From assembly GCF_004010195.1 (NCBI RefSeq), contig NC_057719.1, forward strand, positions 27,773,458 through 27,837,457: a DNA stretch of 64,000 nucleotides. The letters run 5' to 3'. Source of the stretch: Chiloscyllium plagiosum. Lineage: Eukaryota. The notes under the pieces are model-generated. The model had not been told where the DNA came from. It ran no database searches and was given only the letters and a program-made list of their open reading frames with translations. Below, piece after piece: positions 26,305-38,459 of the stretch (position 1 is its first letter; each line of letters begins with the position of its first letter). Position numbers and translations under genes: made by a program.

Positions 26305-27402
26305 CGAGTGCCACAAGGATCGGTGCTGGATCCCCTACTTTTTGTCATTTACATAAATGATTTGGATGCAAGCATAAGAGGTAGAGTTAGTAACTTTGCA
26401 GATGACACCAAAATTGAAGGTGTAGTAGACAACGAAGAAGGTTATCTCAGATTACAATAAGATCTTGATCAGATGGGCCAATGGGCTGAGAAGTGGCAGA
26501 TAGAGTTTAATTCAGATAAATGTGAGGTGCTGAATTTTGGGAAAGCAAATCTTAGCAGGACTTATACACTTAATGGTAAGGTCCTAGAGAGTGTTGCTGA
26601 ACAAAGAGACCTTGGAGTGCAGGTTCAAAGCTCCTTGAAAGTGGAGTCGCAGGTAGATAGGATACTGAAGAAGGCATTTGGTATGCTTTCCTTTATTGGT
26701 CAGAGTATTGAGTACAGGAGTTGGGAGGTCATGTTGCGGCTGTACGGGACATTGGTTAGACTGCTGTTGCAATTCTGGTCTCCTTCCTATCAAAAAGATG
26801 TTGTGAAACTTGAAAGAGTTCAGAAAAGATTTACAAGGATGTTGCCAGGGTTAGAGGATTTGAACTATAGGGAGAGGCTGAACAGGCTGGGGCTGTTTTC
26901 CCTGGAGTGTCGGAGGCTGAGGGGTGACCTTATAGAGGTTTACAAAATTATGAGGGGCATGGATTGGATAAATAGGCAAAGTCTTTTCCCTGGGGTTGGG
27001 GATTCCAGAACTTTTGTGGGCGGCACGGTGGCACAGTGGTTAGCACTGCTGCCTCTCAGTGCCAGAGACCCGGGTTCAATTCCCGGCTCAGGTGACTGAC
27101 TGTGTGGAGTTTGCACATTCTCCCCGTGTCTACGTGGGTTTCCTCCGGGTGCTCCGGTTTCCTCCCACAGTCCAAAGATGTGCAGGTCAGGTGAATTGGC
27201 CATGCNNNNNNNNNNNNNNNNNNNNNNNNNNNNNNNNNNNNNNNNNNNNNNNNNCATTTGGATGGGTATATGAATAGGAAGGGTTTGGAGGGATATGGGC
27301 CGGGTGCTGGCAGGTGGGACTAGATTGGGTTGGGATATCTGGTCGGCATGGACGGGTTGGACAGAAGGGTCTGTTTCCATGCTGTACATCTCTATGACTC
27401 TA
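26305..27402 (+). mobile_element. CR1 LINE 3' fragment with nested SINE and gap
   Basis: gtgccacaaggatcggtgctgg (VPQGSVL); ORF 26473-27099 with CR1 C-terminus; tail ctctatgactctat. Confidence 0.93.
27017..27205 (+). mobile_element. HE1-type V-SINE (runs into gap)
   Basis: gggcggcacggtggcacagtggttagcactgctgcc head, B box gggttcaattccc, V-domain. Confidence 0.92.
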
Positions 27403-28004
27403 TATGGATAACCAAATAAAGGTTAATTGATGCAAGACTGTCAATGAGACTTACACAGAAGACCAGAGCTGGAAGAGCAAAGGACATGAACTGGAATATA
27501 TGATTCAAAGAAGTTATAAAGAAGGGTTGAGTGAATGTATTGGGAATTTGGCACAGGCAAGAATATTGTCTTCAATGTTTTTAGAGATGAGGTGGTGAGA
27601 ACATGGGATTTAATAAAAAACAGATAGTTCACATTACTGAATGTCGAGGTATGGTAGCACAGTGATATGGATTAGTAACCCAAAGCTCCTTGACCAATAA
27701 ACACAGACATGCAGTGGAATCCACAAGCTTTGCTCCTGGCACAACAGCAAGATCTTTTTTGGGTTTGATATCTGACTCTCAACTCTGGTGGTTTCCAAAC
27801 TTCTTTCCACTGTGATCCAAATCTTGCGCCTTGAAAATTATGGAAAATTTTCAGTGACAACTGCATGAGTGGTGTAGAGGGACTAAGAGCAGACAACTGT
27901 TACTTGCAGCTGAATGGCTGCCAATAGTGCCTCTGAATTCATGATCCCCTCCCACCAAATAAGAACTCACTTTGGGAAACTATGCTCTTCACAGAGCAAG
28001 CCCC

Positions 28005-28495
28005 TCCTATAGGAAGGATATTGGGAAGCTTCAGAAAAGATTTACAAGGACATTGCCAGGGTGGGAGGGCTTGAGCTGCAGTGAGAGGCAGAATAGGCTG
28101 GGGCTGTTTTCCCTGGAACTGTCGGAGGCTGAGGGTGACCTTGTAGAAATCATGAGGGGCATTGATATGGTAAACAGACAAGGTCTTTCCCCTGGATTGG
28201 GGAGTCCAGAACTAGAGGGCTTAGGCTTAGGTGAGAGGGGAAAGATTTAAAAGGGACCAAGGGACAATTTTTTCACACAAAGGGTGTGTATGTGTGGAAT
28301 GCCAGAGGAAGTAGTGGAGGCTGGTACAAATTACAACATTTAAAAGACATCTGGATGGTTATATGAAGGAAAGGTTTAGATGGATATGGGCCAAGTGCTG
28401 GCAAATGGGACTAGATTCATTTAGGAAAATTGGTGGGCATGGACGGGTTAGACCGAAGGGTCTGTTTCCGTGCTGTACATTCCTATGACTCTGTG
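28005..28495 (+). mobile_element. CR1 3' fragment
   Basis: QKRFTRTLPG..LGLFSLE and the standard tail. Confidence 0.88.
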
Positions 28496-28989
28496 ATTGA
28501 CATCCAATCCCTGGTAAAAACCAGGAGATTTTCCTGCTCCTCTGATGCTGCCTGACCTGCTGTGCTTTTCCAGCACCACTCTAATCCAATCCCTGGGCTC
28601 AGTTAGGTAGGGACAATGATTGTGCCTTTTCCATTAAAGGTAGGATTTCTAATTAAAGAGACCACGCATTTTTCCCCATGTCTGGTCGAAATGGCCAGAA
28701 TCCCTTATTTGCATTTAGGGTAGTGGTGACTAACCACCTTTTCAAGGAATGTTAGGGGTGGCCAATGAACTGTCCAACATCCTGTAAACATATTTTCTAA
28801 AATGACCTTGCGCTGGGTAAGAGTTTGGAAGGCCAATGAAGACTGTATGCGGTCTTGAAGATTCATGCCGGGCAGCTGTTTGAGTGGTTGGTGGGTGGGG
28901 GTGGGCAATGATTTCAGAGCGGAACCAGAGTAATGCTGGCGGTGGATGGATGAACGCGGTGGAACACGTACCCGGTTCGGTACGTAAAA

Positions 28990-29206
28990 ACAATGACTGC
29001 AGATGCTGGAAATCAGATTCTGGATTAGTGGTGCTGGAAGAGCACAGCAGTTCAGGCAGCATCAGAGGAGCAGTAAAATCGACGTTTCGGGCAAAAGCCC
29101 TTCATCAGGAATAAAGGCAGACAGCCTGAAGGGTGGAGAGATAAGCTAGAGGAGGGTGGGGAGAAAGTAGCATAGAGTACAATAGGTGAGTGGGGGAGGG
29201 GATGAA
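28990..29206 (-). mobile_element. Penelope-like element terminus (continues into gap)
   Basis: Family terminal sequence actgcagatgctggaaatcagattctggattagtggtgctggaag, then the hammerhead, then a purine-rich body. Confidence 0.75.
29077..29112 (-). ncRNA. Minimal type I hammerhead ribozyme with intact catalytic core
   Basis: Minus strand reads TTC-CTGATGA-A-GGGC-TTTT-GCCC-GAAA-CGTC-GATT: complete CUGAUGA and GAAA boxes, perfect stem II, palindromic ACGU stem III, GUC cleavage triplet. Confidence 0.78.
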
Positions 29207-30064
29207 NNNNNNNNNNNNNNNNNNNNNNNNNNNNNNNNNNNNNNNNNNNNNNNNNNNNNNNNNNNNNNNNNNNNNNNNNNNNNNNNNNNNNNNNNNNNNN
29301 NNNNNNNNNNNNNNNNNNNNNNNNNNNNNNNNNNNNNNNNNNNNNNNNNNNNNNNNNNNNNNNNNNNNNNNNNNNNNNNNNNNNNNNNNNNNNNNNNNNN
29401 NNNNNNNNNNNNNNNNNNNNNNNNNNNNNNNNNNNNNNNNNNNNNNNNNNNNNNNNNNNNNNNNNNNNNNNNNNNNNNNNNNNNNNNNNNNNNNNNNNNN
29501 NNNNNNNNNNNNNNNNNNNNNNNNNNNNNNNNNNNNNNNNNNNNNNNNNNNNNNNNNNNNNNNNNNNNNNNNNNNNNNNNNNNNNNNNNNNNNNNNNNNN
29601 NNNNNNNNNNNNNNNNNNNNNNNNNNNNNNNNNNNNNNNNNNNNNNNNNNNNNNNNNNNNNNNNNNNNNNNNNNNNNNNNNNNNNNNNNNNNNNNNNNNN
29701 NNNNNNNNNNNNNNNNNNNNNNNNNNNNNNNNNNNNNNNNNNNNNNNNNNNNNNNNNNNNNNNNNNNNNNNNNNNNNNNNNNNNNNNNNNNNNNNNNNNN
29801 NNNNNNNNNNNNNNNNNNNNNNNNNNNNNNNNNNNNNNNNNNNNNNNNNNNNNNNNNNNNNNNNNNNNNNNNNNNNNNNNNNNNNNNNNNNNNNNNNNNN
29901 NNNNNNNNNNNNNNNNNNNNNNNNNNNNNNNNNNNNNNNNNNNNNNNNNNNNNNNNNNNNNNNNNNNNNNNNNNNNNNNNNNNNNNNNNNNNNNNNNNNN
30001 NNNNNNNNNNNNNNNNNNNNNNNNNNNNNNNNNNNNNNNNNNNNNNNNNNNNNNNNNNNNNNNN

Positions 30065-30285
30065 TTGGGCATGTGTGTGTGTGGGGTTCGGGTGGGCAGT
30101 AGTTCTGAATGTGTGTGCAGACAAGTCTGGGTCTGTGTGTGTGTGATGGAAGGGAATAGTTCTGGATGTGTGTGAGGGGACAGATTTGGGCATGTGTGTG
30201 TGGGTTTGGGGTGGGCAGTAGTTCTGAATGTGTGTGTGGGACCTGGTCTGGAAGTAGAGGTGGCCAGATCTGGATGTGTGTGAGG
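30065..30285. repeat. GT-rich minisatellite (~120-bp unit) next to gap
   Basis: ttgggcatgtgtgtgt..gggtgggcagtagttctgaatgtgtgtg occurs at 30065 and 30186. Confidence 0.8.
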
Positions 30286-30499
30286 TTTGAGGAAAGAACT
30301 CTTGCTTCACGACCTGTTGTCTCTGGCCCAAGAACAGAAATTGCTGAAGAAACTCGGCAGGTCTGGCAGTATCTGTGGAGAGAAAGCACAGTCCATGTTT
30401 CTAGTGCAGTAGCCCTTCTTCAGAAGTGCCAGATCCCCCTCCGGGGACTCAGAACTTTCTGGTTTTGTTTCTGATTTCCAGCTTGTTTCTCTTTTCTCT

Positions 30500-31100
30500 C
30501 GGGCTTTCAATTGGATGGATTCAAGTCTCGGGGGCGTGACCAGAACCGCCCATCGGCGCTGTGATTGGCTGAAGCGGGCTGCCCTGCTTTCTTCCTCATT
30601 TGATTGGAGGTCGCTTTTCCCGGCGGGTGCCCGGTGCTTCAGGGCAACAGGGGGCTGGGGGCTGCAGTGAACAGCAGTGGCTGGCGTTAGTAGCGGGAAT
30701 GGGCAGGGGGCTGGGGTAAGAATAGAGGGCTGCATGGGGTTTGGGCTGGGAAGCTGGAGGGATGTGATGGGGAGCGGGCTGGCGTGGTCGGTACTGTTTA
30801 CGGAATATTGAGGGTGAGTAACCCGGAAGACCGAAAGCAGTCCCTGGGGGAGAGAGCGTATAATGGGAGCAGAGTGAGTGGGTGCACGCCCTGATGCCAG
30901 AGCCCCGCAGCGGCAGGAGCTTACCCCGCTGCTTCCATTCCGGGAGAAAGCTCGGGGAACGGACAGGTCGGGGAGCTCGTTGGATCCAACAATTTGCAAC
31001 CACCGGCAAACAGAGGTATGATACAATCGGTCAGTCCTTGTCATTGTGCACTTAATGCATTTAGAATACGGAGTAAAGGAATTGGGTGTTGCTTGTTCCT
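30500..31100 (+). promoter_or_regulatory. Orphan CpG-island promoter
   Basis: ATTGG boxes at 30510, 30564 and 30603; GC box at 30531-30538; TTTTCCCGGC at 30615; ETS core CCGGAAG at ~30823; plus donors at 30716, 30814, 30874 and 31016; high CpG. Confidence 0.65.
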
Positions 31101-32089
31101 ATACGCGGCATATATGCCAAATATCGTCAAGTGAATCTTCAAATTCTCATATTAACGAGAATATGAGTCTGGTAAGTTATACAAGATTATTCGGTCAAAT
31201 TCCCCGCACCTGACTCATTAGAATCATTGTTTCTTACGAATAGCACGTCAGACTGTGCAAATAGAAAATGCTCCATGCTTTATAAATTACTTATAATCCA
31301 TAAAGCCGCTAGCAACACTCTTATCACTTGCACACCCCCCCCCCCCCCCCCACCGAACCATTCGGAACAATGTTAGGGACGCAAGGGTAGAAGGACAGGC
31401 TGTTGCAGACATGAATTAGTTATTTTGGATCTGTTTCCTGTGAACTGATATGAGTAAACTCTCATTAATAAAATTGCCGTTAGTGTCCTTGATATCTTTT
31501 AATAGCGTAACAAAGTTCAGCGGCTTGGTTTTCTAGTCATGCTAACCTGTCGTCCAAAAACATTCAATGGTAGCCCAGACCCATCTTCGATTTTATCGAG
31601 TTGCTAACTGGAATGTACATTTGAAATGTTTATTACCATAAGTTAAAATACAAACAATTCCAAAGTCATGTTGGAGTCGAAACATTAACTCTGTCTCTCT
31701 GCTTATCTCTGCTGCCTTCTGTTTGAACTTCTCCGGCAGTTTGTTTATATTTAAGACCTGCAGATTTTGCTTTGTTTGCTTTTGATTAAAATATAGATCT
31801 TCAGACTGCATTAACAAAAGGTCAAACATCTATGGAGAGTTAGTGGTAAACAACACCTTTATTACAGTAAATTGAATATCCCTTTTTCATGCCTTTATAA
31901 ATAGCAAGTTTTGAAGAATTTAACTATCTGAAGACTGGGATATTTTACAATGTTTGTTTGTGTTATTACAGTTTATCAAAGTGCAAATTGGTTGTCATAG
32001 TTTCACATTGTTTGCAGATCATATTGTCAACATGAATAGAAGCAGTCTGTTGGTTGGAATAGAAGCAGTCAGTTGATGGCAATCCCAAC

Positions 32090-32400
32090 TTTGAGTCAGA
32101 AGGTTGTGGGTTTAAGTCCCATTCAAGAGACTTCGGTGCAAAAATCGAGGCTGACACTCCAGTATGATATTGAGAGAGTGTATCACTGTAGGAAATGACC
32201 GTGTTTGCACTCCCAGGCTGATGCAAAAGATCTCTGGAGTCCAATGAAAAGCAAGGAGGTTATCTCTGCTACGTGAACCAATTTAATTTTAGCCACAATT
32301 AACATAATTAAAGCAAAAAGTATCCGATCATTATCATGTTTTTGAGAATATGCTGGGTACAAGATAGCTGGATCATTTCCTGTATTACAAAAATGATTTT
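32090..32400 (+). mobile_element. DeuSINE (SacSINE1/AmnSINE1-like), diverged
   Basis: tRNA-like head gagtcagaaggttgtgggtttaagtccc, then gctgacactccagt and Deu-domain-like sequence. Confidence 0.65.
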
Positions 32401-33249
32401 AACAAAAGCCTAAAATTTAGCTTAGTGCTTTAGATAATGTTCTTTTATTGATTATATCACATGTTTGCACGAAACAACTTGAAAATTGATATTTGTGATC
32501 CTTCAATGTGCTTATTATATGGTGCATAGTACCTGAACAATTCAGATATTTGACCTGAACTGGAAGATTTTTTTTGCAAGATGTAAAACCTTGATCCATC
32601 ACAGACAAATAATCCAATGTTTTACACAACCCACTTAGATGGGTGAAGAAGATTTGTCTTCAATTTTTTAAATACCAATTTTTATTCCTCTCCTTCCTTG
32701 CCTTTTTGCTGAAGTTAAGATTCATGATCACCAGTCTCATTGTGGTTTCTCGATCAAGTGGATATTTATAAGTCTTGATGGTAATTTTAAATTTTCCATT
32801 TATTATAAGCAATGAATAAAAAATTTAGTCCAGTTTCAGGAAACTATTTGACCATTGGGAGTATTATAGCTCAAGATGACACAATCCATCTTTTGTCCTT
32901 CTCCAGGGCAACGAGGAATGATGCAATAAATGTTGCCCAAGCCAGTGGCACCCATATTGTATGAATACATTTTTAAAAATATAATTTAACGAGGGATACC
33001 AAGATAGTTTCTCTGGCCTTTCTCTAATTTGAGTGTTCTTCATCATTAGTTAAAAGAACAGTAAAAGTGTCTGGGGGATCGATTTGTATTGCTGAGCTGT
33101 TCATTGCAGTTGGCCTATTGGGTAATGTGGAGATCATCATTACTCCGATCTGTTAACTGGTTGCTATTCAGGTTGATTCATTCGGTGTCAAAGGCATGAG
33201 ATTGGTTCAGGATTATAGCAACATTTTGGCAGGTTTTCACCCACCCTCA

Positions 33250-33525
33250 ATGCCTTTCAGATAAACTATTAACCCATAGTCTCCTTTGTCCTCTCGGATG
33301 GGTGTGAAAGATTCGATGACATGATTTTGAAAAAAGCAGAGGAGTTAGCTCCCTGATTGACTGAAGGGTAAATGTCGATGTCACAAAAAAGATTATTTGG
33401 TCATAATCACATTGCTGTTTTTGGGAGCTTGCAGTGCACAGATTCACTGCTGCAATTCCACATTACAACAGTGACTATACTTCATGAGTATTTCAAAGGC
33501 TGTAAAAGTACTTTTGGGACATTCA
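33250..33525 (+). mobile_element. DeuSINE Deu-domain and tail
   Basis: ggtcataatcacattgctgtttttgggagcttgcagtgcac..cattacaacagtgactatacttca. Confidence 0.7.
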
Positions 33526-33950
33526 TTCTATGTATTTAATTAGTTTAGCAGTGAGGAGTCACCTTTCCTAAGAGTAAATGGCCCTTGAATTTTGCCTTTA
33601 ATTCACAAAATATATAAAGTCTGTGAAAACCATGGTGATAGGTTCCTTTAATTTCTATCACCCAGTTATTAACTTGTATTAGTCCAAGTGCTTCAAGATG
33701 TGGATTTAGATTATTCAAACATCATTTGCTCTCGTTAATTTTCTTTTAAGAAGGTCACTAGCATGAAGTATAGAGAAATGCCTACATTGACTTTGAAAAG
33801 GCATTTTGATAAGGTTCCTCCAAGATTAGAAGCAAAATATATTGCACAGAATTGAAGATAATCTTGGGGCAATGGCTGGTAATTGGTTGGTAGGTTGGAG
33901 ACAAATGATAAAAGGAATGTACTCTGGTGATATGTAACAACTGCCCTCTC

Positions 33951-34050
33951 TAAACCTGAAAATGTGTTGCTGGAAAGTCGCAACAGGTCAGGCAGCATCC
34001 AAGGAGCAGGAGAATCGATGTTTCGGGCATGAGCCTTCTTCAGGAATTGA
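33951..34050 (-). mobile_element. Penelope-like hammerhead mini-element
   Basis: TSD gccctctc at 33943-33950 and 34051-34058. Minus strand reads CTGAAGA-AGGC-TCAT-GCCC-GAAA-CATC. Confidence 0.75.
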
Positions 34051-34214
34051 GCCCTCTCCAGAGGTCAACCTTCATTTTCCTTCTTGGATAAAGGAATAGA
34101 AAGTTGTATGTGAAAGTTGGCAGATGAGTCTAAAGTTAGAAAGCAAATCAAATGACAAAAATAGGAGTTGACAGTCACAAAGGTATGAGAGTGGGCAGAA
34201 CTGTGGCAATGAGG

Positions 34215-34530
34215 TTTAGATTAGATTCTTTACAGTATGGAAACAGGCCCTTCAGCCCAACAAGTCCACACCGACCCTCCGAAGAGGAACCCACCCGGAC
34301 CCATTTCCCTCTGACTAATATACCTACCGTTATGTGCAATTTAGCATGGTCAATTCACCTGACCTACACATCTTTGGACTGTGGGAAGAAACTGGAGCAC
34401 CCGGAGGAAACCCACACAGACACGGGCAGAACGTGCAAACTCCATACGGACTGCCGCCTGAGGCTGAAATTGAACCTGGGACCCTGGTGCTGTGAGGTAG
34501 CAGTGCTAACCACTGAGCCACCGTGCCGCC
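34215..34530 (-). mobile_element. HE1-type V-SINE inside an old CR1
   Basis: Complete SINE on the minus strand. Confidence 0.92.
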
Positions 34531-34905
34531 CAAGTGAGATCATCCATTTTGTACCTGAGAAAGATTAACAAATATAATTAATAATGAGAAACTAGGAACT
34601 GTGAAGGACTAAAAAGATAATACATTTTCCTGCACACAAATCATTTAAAATCTAGTGTACAGTGTTATGATCCCATCTGATGTTATTCCTAAGTCAGATC
34701 CCTGACAAGAACTTGCCTTGACAGATCATGTTTTGATTTCTTTTGATTTTTAAAAAAGTTGCTTCTTGCTAAGCACACAATGCTACAGATCTTTGCTTTA
34801 ATAATGTATCTGAAGGTTATCAACAAAAGAAAAGATAAAGTAGAATATACCCAACCATCTACTTCTGTTACAAATTCAAAGACTTTGAATGCTTCTGTAG
34901 AAGTA

Positions 34906-35569
34906 GCCATGATTTGGAGATGCCGGTATTGGACTGGGGTGTACAAAGTTAGAAATCACACAACACCAGATTATAATCCAACAGGTTTATTTGGAAGCAC
35001 TAGCTTTTTCAGCGCTGCTCCTTCCATCAGGTGGTTGTGGAGTATAAGTTCATAAGACACAGAATTTATAGCAAAAGTTTACAGTGTGATGTAACTGAAA
35101 TTATATATTGAAAAGACCTAGATTGTTTGTTAAGTCTCTCATCTTTTAGAATGAACGTGGTGGTTTCAGTTCTTTCATATATAAATTGCCGAACTTTTTA
35201 AAAGTTACATTCTCAAGTGACAGAATCAGTCTGACCATTGTGGCACAGACAGGCTCGCACAGGGCACCTCACACCTTCAATGCCGACATGACACCAATTA
35301 TTAAAGTTCACTTGAGAATGTAACTTTAAAAAAGTTCTGTGATTTACATATGAAAGAACTGAAATCAACATGTTCGTTCTAAAAGATAAGAGACTTAATA
35401 AACAATCCAAGTCTTTTTCAATATATAAATTGTTACATCACACCGTAAATATTTGCTATAAATTCTGTGTCTTATGAACTTATACTGCACAACCACCTGA
35501 AAGCTAGTGCTTCCAAATAAACCTGTTGGACTATAACCTGGTGTTGTGTGATTTCTTTTTAACTCTGTA
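34906..35569. mobile_element. Penelope-like fold-back element, ~270-bp inverted arms
   Basis: The left arm (~34940-35220) is the reverse complement of the right arm (~35308-35569). Each arm carries a damaged hammerhead. Confidence 0.85.
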
Positions 35570-35950
35570 AAAGTACTATCTCACTAATCCTAAAACTCCT
35601 ATATAAATTTTTAAAAAAGACAGGTTTTTGTACAAAGTTCAACACCCTTTGATACAGTATCCAAAGTAACACTCGTGCAATACTCTCATCAAAGTACTGT
35701 CTCTAACAAATCATTGGGTTATGCCATTGGGACTTCAAATTTTAGACTGGAACTGTAGATAGCACCTTCCTGGAACTATTTCACACTAACTTAAATGAAC
35801 TGAATTGTAAGAAACCTCTTCAAGGTTTTATGCCAACAGTCCTGATCTGGGACTAATGCTTCACACTAGGGTAATCTAGTTCACTATAATTCCGTTCCTT
35901 CCAATTGCACTTGTTCATAGTGCTATACTATTCCAAGGTCGTCTTAGAAC

Positions 35951-36016
35951 GACTCAAAACTCGACTCAAAACTCGACTCAAAACTCGACTCAAAACTCGA
36001 CTCAAAACTCGACTCA
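35951..36016. repeat. Perfect 12-bp tandem repeat (GACTCAAAACTC)x5.5
   Basis: Read directly; no mismatches between units. Confidence 0.97.
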
Positions 36017-36369
36017 GCTATGGGTGTTTCTCTTAACTTAAAAAGAATTATGTTTCAGAAGTCTCGAACACCTTAAAGCCCCACTTTATATCTAAAATAA
36101 ACAAAAGTTTATTAGTGGTGCACACTAAGTAGAATCTCAAAAACTGTTTTCAAAGAACTCACCATGGCTACAGAAATACTTTACAAGTTAATTCAGACAG
36201 AAAATATACTAGTTACTAACTCAAAATCCAGAGACCCAAACTAACATATTTTCAAAATTATCATTTTATTGTATAAATCTCACAGTTTACATCACAGCAG
36301 ATACAAAGGCAGTCAAAAGACTAATTGCAAGCTATCCTTATGTTGTACTTTTGACTCATGAGAATATTT

Positions 36370-36950
36370 TAGAATATTGAGCATTACAGCGCATTACAGG
36401 CCCTTCGGTCCTTGATGCTGCGCTGACCTGTGGAACCAATCTGAAGCTTATCTATCCTACTATATTCCATTTTCATCCATATGTTTATCCAATGCCGATT
36501 TAAATGCCCTTAAAGTTGGTGAGTCTACTACTGTTGCAGGTAGGGTGTTCCATACCCCTACTACTGAGTAAAGAAACTACCTTTCACATCTGTCCTATAT
36601 CTATCACCCCTCAAATTAAAGCTATGTCCCTTTTTGTTAGCCACTACCATCCGAGGAAAAAGGCTCTTACTGTCCACCCTATTTAACACTCTCATTTTAT
36701 GTTCAATTAAATCACCTCAAACTTTTTCTCTCTAATGAAAATAGCCTCAAGTCCCTCAGTCTTTCCTCCTAAGACCTTCACTCCGTACCAAGCAACATCC
36801 TAGTAAATCACCCCTGAACCCTTTCCAATGCTTCCACATCCTTCCTGTAATGTGATGACCAGAACTGTATGCAATACTCCAAGTGCAGCCATGCCAGAGT
36901 TTTGTACAGCTGCAACATGACCTCGTGGCTCTGAAACTCAATCCCTCTAC
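36370..36950 (-). mobile_element. CR1 3' fragment
   Basis: CR1 tail and C-terminal ORF2 remnants (ORF 36756-36941). Confidence 0.88.
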
Positions 36951-38459
36951 CCTTTACTAGAGTTACACAAGGTTAAATTACGAGGCCTAGTTGCATAAAC
37001 TTTGGCTGATTACTAAGTGTTCAGATGGTGGCCTGATCTAATTTACGATCTTTTGAAATGAAGTGTTGCATACAGTGAACTCGAATAATCCATCTGAAGG
37101 GGATGCAATCTTAAAATTACAATAAGGCCATTCAGGAGTGAAGCAATTTTTCACGAAGTTGTAGAAATCTGTTACCCTTCCCTAAAATGCTACGGACAAT
37201 TGCTTAGTTAAAATATTACGCCTACAAGTGAAATATTTTCGATAGAAGTATTTAAGGAGTGGATACAAGGCAGGGAGTTGAAGTACAAATTAGCCACAAT
37301 CTGACTCAATAGCTGGACAGGCTTGAGGGACTGAAGGCTCACTCTTGTTCAATTGTTCTTGTAAAATACCAATTAGCTAACGTCAGGTTTATGCTTTAAC
37401 TTTTCTACTTTTGCTTTAGTGATTATCTTACGATGTCACTTGTTTCGTTGCCTTTTCAAAGTGCTCCGATTGGGATTAAATCTAAACAAAGAATTAATTA
37501 AACTTTAATTGCAGGTTGTTTCTGAATCTGAAAATTGTGGGTTTGTTGATTTTAGGAGTTCATGATCACTGTTACCTAATGCAGGCAGTAAATGATTTAT
37601 TGCCATGTTCTATTAGTTTATTGAGTTTCTTAAGTGGCAATTTAATTAGGATACATTAGTTAATTATATAAAGTACACAACTATGACAATTGGAGATGGA
37701 CAGTCAGGCTATCAGGCAGAATATTTTCATCTCGTTAAAGGTTTGGGGGACAACATTGTTCTCTCTAGTTGTGGTTTTCAGGAACTCTTCCCAGGTCTCC
37801 CTCCTCCTTCTGAACAGGTTTCCGCCTGCCTGCTGAAGACTGTTCGATGAAATTATTCTCTGGAAATACTCCCCAAAGAACTCCCCTCTGCATTTATTGC
37901 TATATCATATTTCTAGGGGAGGATATTGTCTATGTGTCAACCAATTTTCTGAACCATTTTGACCAATGGCTAAGGGGCAACAACTTAATATGTTGAATGA
38001 TCACTGTCCCCTTCATCGGAGAGTTAGTTTACTATTCTAAGAACAAATACTTCTTTCTTTTGAAAACAGTACACCAATAATAGGGTCTATTTAGCACCAG
38101 ATGAATTAAATGGGCATCATGATCTCGGTTTCTCATAATTCCTTTGCTTTCATATATTACAATTTTGGAAAGTTGATTAGTGCTGGAGAAATCTCATGCT
38201 ACACAAAGTACTAGGAAAATTTTTAAGGGACCCTAATATTCAACAGGTTCAAACCCCTTTCTAAGACTGAAGTATTGTACATAATGTAGGCTGATACTTT
38301 GTGCAGTGCTGCACTAGCACAAGCTGTCTTTTAGCTAGGCCGCTCAGGATGGATGGTAGCCTGGTCCACTGAGTTCATGCCTCACCAAAATCCCACAAAG
38401 GACCATGGATATATTTACAGATTGATAGAACTCAACTGATTCACAATTGTCCCTTACTT

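Larger units (their letters stand above)
34663..36296. mobile_element. Probable solo LTR (Gypsy-like) with nested Penelope-like hairpin
   Basis: Termini TGTTATG...CATCACA (6/7 inverted match) with 4-bp flanks acag/gcag. It interrupts an old CR1 that reads through across it. Confidence 0.6.

Noticed and set aside
27017..27090. tRNA gene
   Set aside because: A/B boxes lead directly into the V-SINE body, so this is a SINE head.
29052..30389. Long ORFs of 300-445 aa (also 42294-43532 and 11519-11995)
   Set aside because: They are open only because they run through N gaps.
30307..31044. 245-aa minus ORF and 137-aa overlapping ORF
   Set aside because: Pro/Ser/Ala-rich with no recognisable domain, and partly in a repeat; expected from stop-poor GC-rich DNA.
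35951..36016. Possible CRISPR-like array
   Set aside because: No spacers and a eukaryotic context; it is a simple tandem repeat.
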